DNA of 63,196 nt, filler included, from Asterionella formosa (taxonomy: Eukaryota): the NCBI GenBank assembly GCA_002256025.1. It is 2 parts of 2 records of this genome, joined end to end, with 100 filler letters (N's around TTAATTAATTAA, not from the genome) between each part and the next. Parts side by side here need not be neighbours in the genome. Positions count along the whole stretch, not along the records: positions 1 to 31,564 come from NKIB01000627.1; 1 more part is not named here. One strand, 5' to 3'. Both the position numbers and the translations under genes were made by a program. Positions within the stretch are counted from its first letter, which is position 1, and every line of letters begins with the position of its first letter. The notes under the pieces were generated by a model. The model worked only from the letters and a program-made list of their open reading frames with translations, had not been told where the DNA came from and did no database searches. Below are positions 1-12,800 of the stretch, piece by piece.

Positions 1-528
1 GCTTCCAAGGCTTCCAGGGATGGAAGGAGTCGGAGTTATCATCTTCTCAAGCAGGAGGAAGAAGAACAACAAATAAATAAATAATGTACGTTTTAGAATG
101 GAAACGTAAAAGGGCTCTAATAACCTGCGATAATAGCTACCTCAATGTATGAGATTGGACTATAGTCTGAAGGTAATCTAACTAACAACGTACTTTCGGA
201 AGTAAATTCTAGATATTGTGAGTTAGATTAATCTGTACTATATTGACTTTGGGAGTCAAAGAGTAATCGAAACTGATGGCAGTTGACACATTGGAACAAG
301 TGTGGATATAGTAAAATATATACCGGTAACTGCAGCAAAGAAACAATGGAAGCCAATGACGTGTGACGTCATAAAAGTTACCATGATATAGAATATCACA
401 CAGTACCTAGTACCAGGTTTCTGATATTCTGGTCCCTTGCTTCTGAATCAAATCTACTATCGCTCGACTTCTCAGCAGCCTCTGTACATCATTCGCTCCT
501 ATATTTGCTCTGAGAGAGAGACGCAACC

Positions 529-1512
529 ATGAAGACCAATCCAATCCAACAAATCATCACATCCACAAGTCGATTCGACGGGCCCTATCTATTGCTCGTG
601 CAGCATTCCCTTGCCTTCTCGCAACGACACTCGGCGCATGTCGATCGAGAGATCTATAAGAGAGCCAACGTGAGGACGCCCTCTCAAAACGCATGTAGAG
701 ATTCAATGGGGTCAACTCTGTTGGAGTATATCTTGGAACGATACGTCGCTGCAACAGGAAGCGTTCTGTGGGTGGAAACAAACCAGACGGTTGGCATATC
801 AATGAGTAAAAGCATCCGCGTACTTTCCGCGGCAGTCAATCCGTTCGGTTGGGATGGACCAGAAGGGGATACTTTAGAGAATCTGGAAAATTTGTATGAT
901 TCCATTGTGGCATGCACCAGCCCAGAAAAATCAAATACAATTGTTTTTGAATCAATGACTCCGATCTTAATACGACATGGGTTGGAAACCACAATTCGAT
1001 TTCTGCGAAAGGTATTGATAATTACGAAATCAACAGTGGTCGCTCCTATTCTCATGGAATCACTGTCTGCGGTTCAGCATAGGGCGCTGGAAGATATGGC
1101 ACAAGCAGCTCTATTTTTACATGGTGGCGACTTGACGTTAATACGAAAAGGTGTTCGAGAGCGAGGCAACACTGTTCGAGAAATCGTACCCTTTAGTGTT
1201 GATGTGTCGTCGGGGAAAGCGACAATTCTGATAACAAATGACGATGAAAGCGATGCGGAGAATCCTGATACAGCAAAAAAACTTGCCCAACCGATTGAGC
1301 CCGCTGCTCCTGTGGTTTTATCACCACCAGCAAAGACATCAGGGATTAAGAAGTCTGGAAAGATCCTGCTGCAAATGGACGACGATGTGGACATACCAAA
1401 TACTTCCAAATTACCTGCAGGAAGCAATAAACCCAACATCTTTATTCAAAATGACGATCCAGAGTACGATGATCTTGATGAAGAAGATCCGGACGACGAC
1501 CTTGACATATAG
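529..1512 (+). CDS. ELP5: Elongator complex subunit 5-like protein
   Basis: 327-aa ORF with a degenerate RecA-like fold segment (TIVFESMTPIL) and the acidic C-terminus DDPEYDDLDEEDPDDDLDI typical of Elp5. Confidence 0.75.
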   Translation: MKTNPIQQIITSTSRFDGPYLLLVQHSLAFSQRHSAHVDREIYKRANVRTPSQNACRDSMGSTLLEYILERYVAATGSVLWVETNQTVGISMSKSIRVLSAAVNPFGWDGPEGDTLENLENLYDSIVACTSPEKSNTIVFESMTPILIRHGLETTIRFLRKVLIITKSTVVAPILMESLSAVQHRALEDMAQAALFLHGGDLTLIRKGVRERGNTVREIVPFSVDVSSGKATILITNDDESDAENPDTAKKLAQPIEPAAPVVLSPPAKTSGIKKSGKILLQMDDDVDIPNTSKLPAGSNKPNIFIQNDDPEYDDLDEEDPDDDLDI

Positions 1513-1532
1513 AAACACTAACAATTACTTCG

Positions 1533-2393
1533 CTACAGTACTTTACCATGAGTTCCTAGTCGGAGCAGCCCTTGAATTGCACTTTCATCCACACAACTGA
1601 GAGAAGATCGTCTTGACCAGCTCCTCGAGCACTTATCTGCTACTGCTCGAGGGTCTTCACCTTTGCGCGAAACACTCTCTCCAACATTAACCAACAAATC
1701 GTCATTGGTGGAGTCAATTACAGTCTGTACTAGCCACTGCTTCCTGTATAACTCACTGGCCAATGAAACGAAAATATCCGTAAGGCCGTCGACCATTTTC
1801 ATTACAGTAACTATCGACGAGGAGGACAGCGGGTCGAAGTGCGGCAAGCCCTGAAGGAGCTCCACAACTGCCATTTGATGTGTCAAGAGCTCTTCTAGAC
1901 GCCGTCCTAACGATCCCTGTGCTTCTGCAATGGAGGACAGCAAAGTGCGTGCCCCTGCCATCATATCCTCATGTTTGAGCAAATCGTGAGTCAATGCCAA
2001 CTGGATGTCATCACGTGTAAGCCCCTGATTACACCGCCGATAAGCACGCTTCCAACTCTCTTGACTTGGCGCGTTTGCAAGTTCATGAATTTTACTGCTC
2101 TCCATCCAAATACGACTGCGAAGGTTAGCGATAGAAGAAACAACATCTCCTAAGTTATCATCCACCTGTAACCAATCTCTCTCTAAAGTTCCTTGAAAGG
2201 CGTTTAAAATCTGCCAGTATTTTCGTTCCAGCTTCTTAACCAACTGTAATTCTCGCGCCACTTCTAGATCTAACGTTCCTCCAGAATCTACCCCTAAAGA
2301 TGTGCACCGAGCGTTTCCTGACGGCTTTGATCGGCCCTTACCCATAAAATCAGCAAATGCTGCCTGCATAGCGATTTCGTCCGCACTCATCAT
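1533..2393 (-). CDS. Hypothetical helical/coiled-coil protein (286 aa)
   Basis: Long ATG-started ORF with natural amino-acid composition, convergent with ELP5; no family recognised. Confidence 0.75.
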   Translation of the reverse strand: MMSADEIAMQAAFADFMGKGRSKPSGNARCTSLGVDSGGTLDLEVARELQLVKKLERKYWQILNAFQGTLERDWLQVDDNLGDVVSSIANLRSRIWMESSKIHELANAPSQESWKRAYRRCNQGLTRDDIQLALTHDLLKHEDMMAGARTLLSSIAEAQGSLGRRLEELLTHQMAVVELLQGLPHFDPLSSSSIVTVMKMVDGLTDIFVSLASELYRKQWLVQTVIDSTNDDLLVNVGESVSRKGEDPRAVADKCSRSWSRRSSLSCVDESAIQGLLRLGTHGKVL

Positions 2394-2611
2394 GCCTGTT
2401 GGTCTGGTTTATCTCTTGCCTTCGATTTGCGATACTCTCTCTGTAGCTTCTCTTTGGAGGCAGTGATGGCTTCTGGTTTTTCTTGACTAAAAAGATCGTG
2501 CCCTTGCTTATCTGGGGCTTTCTTCATAAACACAGGAGCAGCGGAAATGGCAAGGATGATAGAAGTTCCGACAAAAACTCGGACGCGTGGACCACCAGGT
2601 ATCTTGTTCAC
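2390..2611 (-). CDS. Small single-pass membrane protein (~73 aa)
   Basis: Hydrophobic segment VFVGTSIILAISAAPVFM plus a charged tail. The ATG may be formed by splicing a GTCAGT..CAG intron at 2705-2611. Confidence 0.55.
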   Translation of the reverse strand: MNKIPGGPRVRVFVGTSIILAISAAPVFMKKAPDKQGHDLFSQEKPEAITASKEKLQREYRKSKARDKPDQQA

Positions 2612-2786
2612 TGTTGAATGAGGTGACCGTCAATAAGAGACACGTGAAAAAAAAGTGAGATGATCAGCAGTGACATCACAAAATCCTTGGTCTACAGCAA
2701 CTGACTGAGTCATCGTTCGAGTATTCTCCACACTGGTAGCAGGTACTATAGGCAATCTGATCAGATGGCGCAAAATCATGAATGTA

Positions 2787-3607
2787 TCTACTCTCTCTCT
2801 CTCATTATTGACAGTTGTAATGAGAGTGGTCTAGAAAAGGAGCAATATCGTGGCAAGAGGCGGAGGAACGCATTAAACTTACGCAGAGCCTCCATTGTAA
2901 AACTGATGATGAGGGCAGCAAAATTGTTGCTTTTATCCCTTTTACCAAATGACGTGATGTGAACAGTATTTATTTTGCACCAAAACCAAACCACACCACG
3001 ACAAAAATTATGTTTGGATGTATGTACATGTACCGTATTCATGTGCATTTTTACCAGTTTATACATATCGGTACCGGTAGTCTACCGGTAGTACTGATGC
3101 GTGGTATATTTGTGTAAAATACCCGTGCACAAGTGTTAAAGTGAGCTCATCTACCGGTACGTAGTTAGGACTCGGAGTCAAACGAGTCAAACGATTCGAA
3201 TGAGTCAACTTTGATGTACCAAGCTCTCATCAACCACACATTATACCTTGTTACTCCGACTATAATGAGCCGGACAATATAAGCTATTTCAGAAGACCGA
3301 TAGTTTGAAATGAATGATCATGGTTAAAAACCTATGATCAGTAAGTGTGAGATAGACATGGGTCTATCTATGATTGTATGTTTCTAGAAATGCAAACAGC
3401 ATTTGGAGAATAGTTTGTTTGTTTGTTCAATCAGAACAACCTAAACTAGATTAGTAGACTCACAATAAGAATATAGAAACGGAAAGAGAAACAAATGTCT
3501 CTATCTATAGTCTTCTTTGTCTAACGATATAGATCTATCAAAAAGGTAATACTTTAACACACATGCAGGCCTGTTTATATACAAGCGGCCTTTGCCGCTT
3601 TGTCTAG
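2787..3607 (+). mobile_element. Putative non-autonomous Helitron-like element
   Basis: Starts A|TCTACTCTCT. Ends with GC-rich hairpin AAGCGGC-cttt-GCCGCTT (3583-3600) then CTAG|T, i.e. an A/T insertion site with no TSD. Confidence 0.5.
3134..3559. mobile_element. Solo LTR
   Basis: TG...CA ends with a 9-bp terminal inverted repeat TGTTAAAGT/ACTTTAACA; homologous to 44936-45261. Confidence 0.75.
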
Positions 3608-5394
3608 TAGGGCTGCCTCTTCTACTCAACCTTAGAATAAGGAAGAATTTGGGGTCTAGCAGTAGCCAAAGGGATGATGCAAGCAGGTTAAGGCACCTTT
3701 TTGTTTGCTTCCTCCGATTTTGTATTTTAAACTATTTGCAATGAATATCAAAGCTATGTCAACAATTGTTTCATGACTTGATGTCAACACTTGTATTCTA
3801 TCAAAGCAAATAATCAAACTGTTGGGCAGTCACCATACACAATTCAATAATAATTATTATTTTATCCTTGCCGTGCTGCTGGTAATGGGGTTTTTTGTGT
3901 GGTTGATTCATTGTATAAATGTACAGAACATCCCTGTTAGCTTTGTATGCTGTTTGCATGTACAGCCGCCATTTGCACTTGCTTGTATGACATGCTTTGT
4001 ATGAAATGCATGTAATGCCTCATGTAACCCTGGAAATTTATGGAATAAGGAGTCTTAACCCCAATTCAATCTCCCCCTCCCCCAATGCAACCCCCCCCCC
4101 CGCCCCCAATTGTAGCAAGGTTCAGAAAACCAGAAAATCATTGTTTAAACTTGATTTTGATACATTGAAATTAATTGGATCTCATTTTTTAAACTTGATT
4201 TAAAAAAATTGAAATTAATTGGGTCAGCACCACAAAGCGGTTAGATTTTTTATTTGTCGACATTATTTTACTAATGAAGTTGAATTTGAGTGGCTGTCCG
4301 GTGCCAAATTGTCAGTTTATGCGAAATGACCGCAACTTGCTGGTACTGAGTACAGTACTCCTTGTATCATTCTCTGGTAGTGTACTGCCTCTGCTGTGCA
4401 TGGCAGGCAGTTGCAGTAGCTTTAATCTATCTCGTTCTACGTACATTTGTACGCCCACTGTAGTGATTCCATTTCCAAATTGCTCTTTAACTACCGGCTT
4501 ATTTTGTTGTTCATGATTATATTTGGATTTAATCTGATTTGCTTAGCACAAAATATTGAGCCGATCTATTTTGCTTATTATGCCTTTTGCTTCCATTGAT
4601 TTTGTTTTAAGGTTCCTGTGTTCGAAGCCCTACTAGCTCGAACTAACTTTGCTTATAGTAGTGGCAATTTTGCTTATTGTATAATGTCACCATTTCAAAC
4701 CAACTGCCATCACAGCCACCAACCGAATTTGTAAACAATACTGGTATACACAAGACTGAAAGCGATGTAATCATATTTATATTGCACAATATTTGTTATG
4801 TATCAACAAAGACAAATCATCACATCATCAACTCATGCAGCGAGCCTTCAATGACCCGTCTGAACATTTCCATTCAACTGGGAACAATTTGCATTCGATC
4901 ATACAAGGGAAAGAAATGTCAACTACAGCAGATTTAGCTTTCAAGTCGATACTCAAATTCGACTGGGCAAACGCACATCAAGAGTGGAATCTGTGGAAGC
5001 TGCGGCAAAAGACGATTCTTACTATAAGGAAACACATCTAAATTTCTCATTTACCGCAACTTGCTGGTACGGTCAAATGATGTCATCATATAGCTACATA
5101 CTCAGTAGGAGTACTATTTCGTTAGTAGTACTGTACCTGATAGAATTCTACGGAGTATCATTCTGTCCAGCCAGCCATCATCAGCACATCATCATACTAG
5201 CAAGAAGAACATCCTCAACTTGATGGAAAATGTGGACGACTTTCCCACAGATTTGAAATGCCGGTTTTATGTAAGTCTAGTAGTACACAAGATAATTTAG
5301 AAAATCATGCATACTACATGCATAAAATATATGTCTGTCGTACTGTATATTATGTATGTGTATAGATCAGCTTGTAGCACTACCTGGTACCAGT

Positions 5395-6156
5395 TAAAAA
5401 CTATAAGCCACCGTTATTTTACTCCATCTTCCGACTGAAAATATCTAAGTAATTTATCAATCAAAGCCTGATGCAAGTCCTTGTTAGAAGATGCACTCTA
5501 CTCAATGAATAAGTAATCAGTTTGGATTCAGTGCATTGAGCCATGAAGATATACCTTTTTCAAAGTCATTAAGGTTGTTGCATAGCGGTGGCTTACAGTG
5601 CATATTTTTCTATCTGTACATGAATATATTTTCCCCCCAAACCGTGATTATTTTTACTCCGTTGTTTATACTACAGAAATTCTTTTCGTATTACTTTACC
5701 TGTTATGCGCGATACGGTTTGCTTTTTGCGCTTGCATCACCACCGAATTCTTCTGACGCATAGTTTATTCGAAAGCACAATGACGTCGTACCCACATTTA
5801 ATTAGATTTAATTAATTCTATCGGAAGAATATTATTTTTCTGGTACTTATACACGTATAGAAAAGACGATGCCCGCTCAATACTAGAATAAACGTGAAAA
5901 TTTCAATTTTTCGCAATTTTGCGTGGACAGCAACCTGCTTTGGGCCATCATAAGTATTTAACAACTTACACAAGAATGCAACAATACAGCAATTAAGTAA
6001 ATATTTACCCGCTATATAAATCTGAACAACTCCTTCGTCTCAAGCAATAATTAACGTATCTTGCAAACAAAGTTGAAACCATGCATTTACTCCGTTTAGT
6101 GGTGACTCACAGTTCAAAAGTCATCATAGTAGCTAGCGGTGGCTTACAGTTTTTCG
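5395..6156. repeat. Decayed DNA-transposon terminal motifs (CACTG/CACTA-like)
   Basis: TAGCGGTGGCTTACAGT at 5583 and 6134, with an inverted copy at ~5400. The reverse complement of 5583-5600 reads CACTGTAAGCCACCGCTA. Confidence 0.4.
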
Positions 6157-6859
6157 AGGAGCGGAAATCCAGAATGCTGCTATCATCATCACTGTCATCA
6201 AGTCAATCCAGAGGTGACAAAATGATTGATGCTATGGTTCTTGAGGTTTTTTCAAAAAATAATATGATATATTTAATATACTGCTGCTTGGCTGACCATC
6301 AATATTTTCTGGAGGGATATACACATGATCTTTGCTTGCTGGCCTGTCGCCTTTGAAGACATGTTTTACACCATGATACAATTGTATGTGGAGAATGGAG
6401 GCAATTCAGTTCAAAACGACTCATGTACTGTTGCTCAAATGAAGTGATACTACCCTATGAAAAATGATAAGAACGGCCCTAAACCACCCATCAGCCAGCA
6501 TCAGAATATCTTTAGCGGTATTATGGTGTACTGGTCCCTCATAGTGATTTCGCCTGTCCCTGTAACTGGTCTAAATATGATCATACGTACAAATGTTCGG
6601 CCACATATGATGTACCTGGTACCTCTGGTACCAGGTACCGGGTACACGGCTCTGGCAAGCAAGACTCTTGATCCTCATGGGTTTTCATGTACTGTACGGT
6701 AATTATTATTACAGGTATACACGGTAATAGTCAAGAGAATAAGCTGTTATTTGACTATACATTGTATTCAAACATTTTCAAGTGCATTATTGTTCCGAGT
6801 GATATTCGTTGAGTCGAAAAGACCTTCAAGCAAGCAAATACCGGTAGGCAATAGGCAAG

Positions 6860-9800
6860 ATGGCACCGGTGAAGAACAATGCGCTGGGATTTGCACCGCA
6901 GATGCTGGACGATCCAGAGCTGATCAAACTGATCAAGGAGCTGAGCAGCGTTGAAATCACTAATGTCCGTGAATGTCGAATGGAAGCTCCGCCGGTGGAT
7001 ATCGAACGCCTGGTTGCTCTGGTCGAGCCTCACCCGACATGGACATTCGAAGAACAGGTAGGTTTTATCAAAGTATTGAGGTATATACTTCGCTTATTAA
7101 GAGCTGACTTGGACTCCATTCCCTCGTGCAGGTCAACCTTTTAGAATGGATTGCTCCATTGAACGCGATTGACGCAGCATTGACGTACATGATCAAAGAA
7201 CACCCGGGACTGATCTTGATAGAACCATCGGATCCATCTCAGAAGCATGCTGGAAGGAAACAGGCGAAAGACAAGGAGGAGGAAAAAGAAACACACACAT
7301 TTGCTAGGTCCATGGACGAAGTCAAAAACGTACCAGACCGCGTTAAGAGGGACGTCTCGATCTTGCTGCGTTTCTTGTGCGCCCTGTTGCGCAATGCAAC
7401 AAATAAGCTCGTTTTCAACTCGGTGGACGAAGTCGGAGACTTGCTTGCTGCCGCAGATGGTTCAATCGCTGCCTTGGCCTTGGAGGTGCTGGCGGCCGTT
7501 GCGACACCACCTTCCCTCCACCGACAAATGGCACCAGAAGTCCATCAGCATTCGTCCGCCCTACATTCACCTAGAGTTGCGTGTCATCGACGTTTAGTGG
7601 CGTTGGCCAGAGGTTGGGGATCAAGAGGGGCAGGATTGGGACTGTTTTACTGTGCGACTGCTGACGATTCAGAGTTCGGACAAGGCGGACTTCCGACCGA
7701 AGCAGGCGAAGTGTTTTTTCAGTACTTTGCTCCTCAACGAAACCTCGGGTCCGAAGGCGGCGAAATATCAAAACCAAAAGATGATAGCTGTCTTGCCACG
7801 ATTCATCTTTCAGCCTCCGATGTTGTCGCTGGACCTCTTTATCCGAATAGTGAAATCAACATTGTGAGCGAACAGAAACGGCGAAGGATAAGCTCACGGC
7901 GAGCTCAAGGAATGCGGACCAACTCCACTGCAGAACTTTTCTTTAAATGCATTGAAAAAGCTGGGGGACGTGACAAAATACCTGAGGATAGACTTTTTCC
8001 TCTCTTAGCGGACATTCGCCTTGCTCGTTGCTTCTACTCGACAAGAAGCAGAATTGCAGCGATCGAGTACAGATTAATGGCACTAATTGCAATTTTGTAT
8101 GCGCACCCATCGCAAGACATCTTGTCTGGATACTTTCAAGCGCAACCAGAACTTTGCGTCGAGCTTATCGATTTGCTCCTCCCATCTGTGTCCGCCAAGA
8201 CCGTGTCGACTGCGTCGGCCAAAGCAACTGGGACACGATTTGGAGACCTCAAATTAATTGAATCTCTTGCAAATCCAGCCACTGTTCCATACAATATCAG
8301 AAATTTGGCGATTGAAGCTTTGACAGCTCTAGTTGCAAGACGAGACGGAGCAAGCGGAGGGCTAACAGGTGTGGCACGACAATCTAATATCCTGAATGAA
8401 CTCGGAGTGGGGAGAGGCCTGTATCTCGGTCTTCTTCCAACGCTAGTTCGATTTACCTTGGCGTCTCTAAACTCGTTTCTCAGCGCTCAAGAAGTATCGA
8501 ATGATACTTTTAAGCTAGAAAGCGAAGAAGAAGATATTGCCATGGACATAGGAATAGCGTTTTTGGAAGCCTCTACGCCACCATCGCTGCCTCCTAAGTA
8601 CCAATTGGAGCGAGCTTTTATTTTCATCGATAATGTTCTCACGTTGGCTTCCGCGGTTGTATCAGCACCGTCAGGGACTGCATCGCTAACCGACTGTGGC
8701 ATTATTGCTGCCCTCCTAAGTACTGTAGCTCTAGAGTCAAAGACGAAGGGCCATTCATTTTCTTCTATCGGCCTCGTAGGCCGCGAAATCAAAATGGTGC
8801 GAGCTCATCTTCGCTACATTTCATCACAAGCCATCCAAATAATCGAGGGATGCATTGCAAATCACGCCAACGCTCTAAAAATTTTTTACGACTTGAAAGG
8901 AGTCGAAATGTTGATATCGCGACTGCATGGAGAACTGGTCGAGACAAAGAGAAACAACTCTGAACCAATGGAAGTTGACAGTGCAGAGGAGCTCAAAGAC
9001 TCGAACTTGAGAACCCTCTGCTCTTCTCGTCGAGTGTTAATCTTCAGCATGGTAAATTGCCTTTCAGTAGTGTTTCACCAGGAGTCTACTTCATCATCAT
9101 CATCATCGAACCAATCGTCGGGAGGATTGTTGTTACGAAAACCAGAACTCAGTTTCGTTTTAAAAGAAATTCTTGAAAACGCTGCATTGTATGGAGGGAT
9201 TCTTGCCTCCCTAGCATGTGCACTGATTTCCGATGTTATGAACAGTGACCCGCACGTTGTGAAACACGTGCACAGCTCTGGATTAGCTAAGGCATGTTTC
9301 AAGATGATGGCAGGTGATGAAAGGACATACCCCGACGGTAGACAGGAATGGATCCCGCTTCTTCCTCCAGTGCATGAGCTAGTGATGACACTACCTAATG
9401 TACTGTCAGCGCTGGCTTTGACATCAGACGGAGCGGAAGCCGTGAACGAAGCAAATCCATTTCAGTCGCTTCTGAAGATTTTTTACCATCCTATGTATGC
9501 TATGCCTAAAAGTCGCTGTCTCCTGAGCGAAACCAGTGCCATTATCGGAACCGGTTTGGACGAGATTATGCGTCACGTTCCTAGCCTTCGGCCACAAGTT
9601 ATGGCATCAATTGTGGACGGTATAAACCAAATAATTGAAATTGGCCGTGATCTTCACCGGTGTGAGGAGACCGAGAAGCTTGATTTGAATTACAGTGAAG
9701 CAACCCCGCTCGAAGACAGGCGAAGCTGTCTTATGCAATATGTGTTGAACTTTGGACAGATAATGGAGCAGATTTTACAAACTGAAGAGCATTGTACTCC

Positions 9801-12800
9801 ATTTGTACAAATTGGCGGTCTGGATGCCATCCTTGGCCTTTTCCCTCTATTGATGCCGAGCAGCACACAGTTCCTTGCTAATGCAAGCTGTTTGAGTTGT
9901 CCTTCGATTGGATCTTTGGCTCATACAACCACCGAAGATTCATTGTCTGTTGCTTTCAAGTGCATAATGTCACAGTTTGATGCCTTCGCACTGTTAAAAA
10001 AGATGATAGCAGTCCTGAAAGGAAGCTTGAAGTCGATAGAAAGTTCACAAGTTTTTGTCCGTGCAGCGTTCTCTGAACCTGCAAGAAATGGAGAAGCCTG
10101 TCTGAGTGCATTAGGGATTACTGACAACCTGAGTAGGCGACCTTTCTTTGCAATGCGCGAGGAGGAAGGCTTTGTAGAAAAGTCGATTGTACTTGCGAAA
10201 TATCTGCGTAACGTTGCTACATTGCAGTGGCAGACACAACTGCTTGGGGATGCAATCCTCGCAGCTTCTCAACACAGCCAGGATGGTGGAACCGGCTGGG
10301 GAAGGAACGAACGTGAATGGAAAAAACTTTTATCGTCAGATGAGTTCGAGGAACTCATGAACCGACTTTCTCAGTTTTATCAATCTGCCCTGCTTGAATC
10401 CTGCCGATTCAGATCAGACCCCGAGTTCGAGTCTGCATATAAGAATCGTGTTAGTAAAGACGGCAGGAAGAAAAAGCTTTGTTACAGACTTCGCATTGTC
10501 TGCCAGGAAGGAGCTGTTGTCAGAGACGGCATCGAAATCGATTCATGTGCTAATATTGGAAGCATGGAGATGGGCGAAATTGTTGTTGCAACAGATCGAT
10601 GTCTAAACTCCTCTGGTGTAATGCGCTACAGAACGCAGCGTGGATGGGTATCTGAGCTAACGCGTGGTCACGGGCGCGAATCCATTGCCGAGGTAATTGA
10701 CGTTCGTGAATTAACAAGTGATGTTGATACCACAGTTCCTCGATACCCCGACAACTCAAAGAAACGGATTGAATATGGTGTGTCCTCCGTCGCGGACGTT
10801 GTCGCCGCAATCCTTGCAAGACTTCAAACCAGTCACTGTGACCTCTTTTCGGCATTGAACCGAATTGTGACGCAAGGTATCCTTGCCGTGCCAGTGAGAA
10901 CTCTTTCTTTTCAGAGTCGTACTTGGGGTGGACATGTTCGCTCACTCCTCCAAATCGTTGCGTCAAATATTGCTCGTGGTTTCGATCACGAAGCAATTGC
11001 TCCATTTATTGATTCAACAAATACTATTGCAAACTCCACCGTCATCACCAGGGGAGCCACCGCTCTGTATCTGAGTTCGCTAATTAGCCACCTTCATGCA
11101 TGCCTTTTCGAAGAAAAAAGGGACAAAAGAACTGTAAATCTACTTCTTTTGCTTTTTGCGATGAATTCCGACCCTGGTGTTGCGGGATTGAACTCCTTCG
11201 AAAGGGCATCTGGTCAAATTAGGCTTAATTTATTTGGAGCTGTCAAATTTGTATTTGAATATGCTCTTGACAACTTGCTGAGACACCCGAGCACTGTTGA
11301 CGATTCCACGACTCAAACTCAGGTTATCGGGCGAAGTGTTGCTGCAAGCATACCACCAACAATCGTGTTCCTTCGACGATTAGTATCTACTTCGGTAATA
11401 TCTACAAGCCCTTTGATCAATGCGCTGGAGAGGTGGAAGGAAAGAGATATCTGCACTCTTGTTGGCGGAAACATAGGGCCAATCCCTGATTTACAATCCG
11501 CGGATGGGCAGAATTCAAGTTCCTTTTTTGTTGTGAATCGATTTACGGGGGCACTGATTTTTAACGTGGCTACAGTAGTCCAGGACGTATGGAAGGATCC
11601 TCGATTCGTCATTTTGCCGGCACACATCCTTCACCCATTGACTTTGCTTGCGAGCGAAATAATGTCTGGACTGGAGGAAATGTTGAACGCTCACACGCCC
11701 GCATCAATATCCGCCTCAGAAAATCCCACCGCTGCTGAAGGTTTGCAAGTTCACCGTGATAGAGTGGCTCGAAGTAACCAACCTTCAGGAGGGGAAGCTG
11801 ACACTGACATGAATGGTGCAGAATTTGAAGCCAGTGACGAGGCAATACGAACATTAACGGAAATGGGCTTCAGCCGTGAACACGCACTCGATGCCATTGA
11901 AATTTCACGGTCCAACCGTCTAGAGGTGGCAATGGAGTATGCGCTATCGCACCCCCCGCCAAGCCCCACGTCGGCAGAGCGACGTCGATCAGAACGGGAT
12001 TCTCGGAGGAGGCAACTTGAACAACAAGAGGAGGAAATCAACGGCGACGGTGAACGAGGGACTATTGTTGTCGAACCTAGTGGTACAATTGAACCCAACG
12101 ATGTCGCTGGTCCCTCAATGGACACCGAAAACATGGATGTTGACATCTCAGAAAAAGCCAACAAGGACTTACAAAGTTCCCATAGTGATGAAGCGAACGA
12201 GAAACTTCGATCCTGTCTATCCTCATGGATTACGTTGTCACCAACGATCGCTTTTAACATCCTCTCGGGGGCGAACTCCGACCTACTTGTTGATTCTCGA
12301 CCCGTTAAAAGTCATTTTTTTGGCAATGATAATGGTGATGGCCAAGGCAACGGCGACACTGAGGCGCTAACTGTTGTTATTAGTTCTTTTATCCTTGGTT
12401 TGTGCCATAAACATCCCAACAAACGTGATGACATCATTCTTGATCTCGTGTCGCGACTGAAGTCACAATTGACTGAGGAAACTGTTGATAGCTCGCCATG
12501 TGTGAAAGTACAACCCGGCAAAGAATGCAGTTTCGCTGCTCTTTGTCACGCTACTGTATTGTTCACGCGGGCACTTCCCAAAACAAGAATTCGAATTTTG
12601 CAAAAAGGCCTTGTTCATTGTTTGGTGTCTTGCATTCCGCCAGCCCATGTGCGCAAGACGTGGCCAATTTGGTTGGCGCCATCAATGCTGTTGCTTGAAG
12701 TCATGGCACAGCCAATTGCATCATTCTACGACGAAAAAGACTGCGACGTCAAAACGGAGAATGATGGCTTTACCATTGGATGTAACGAGCTGGAGCAAGT

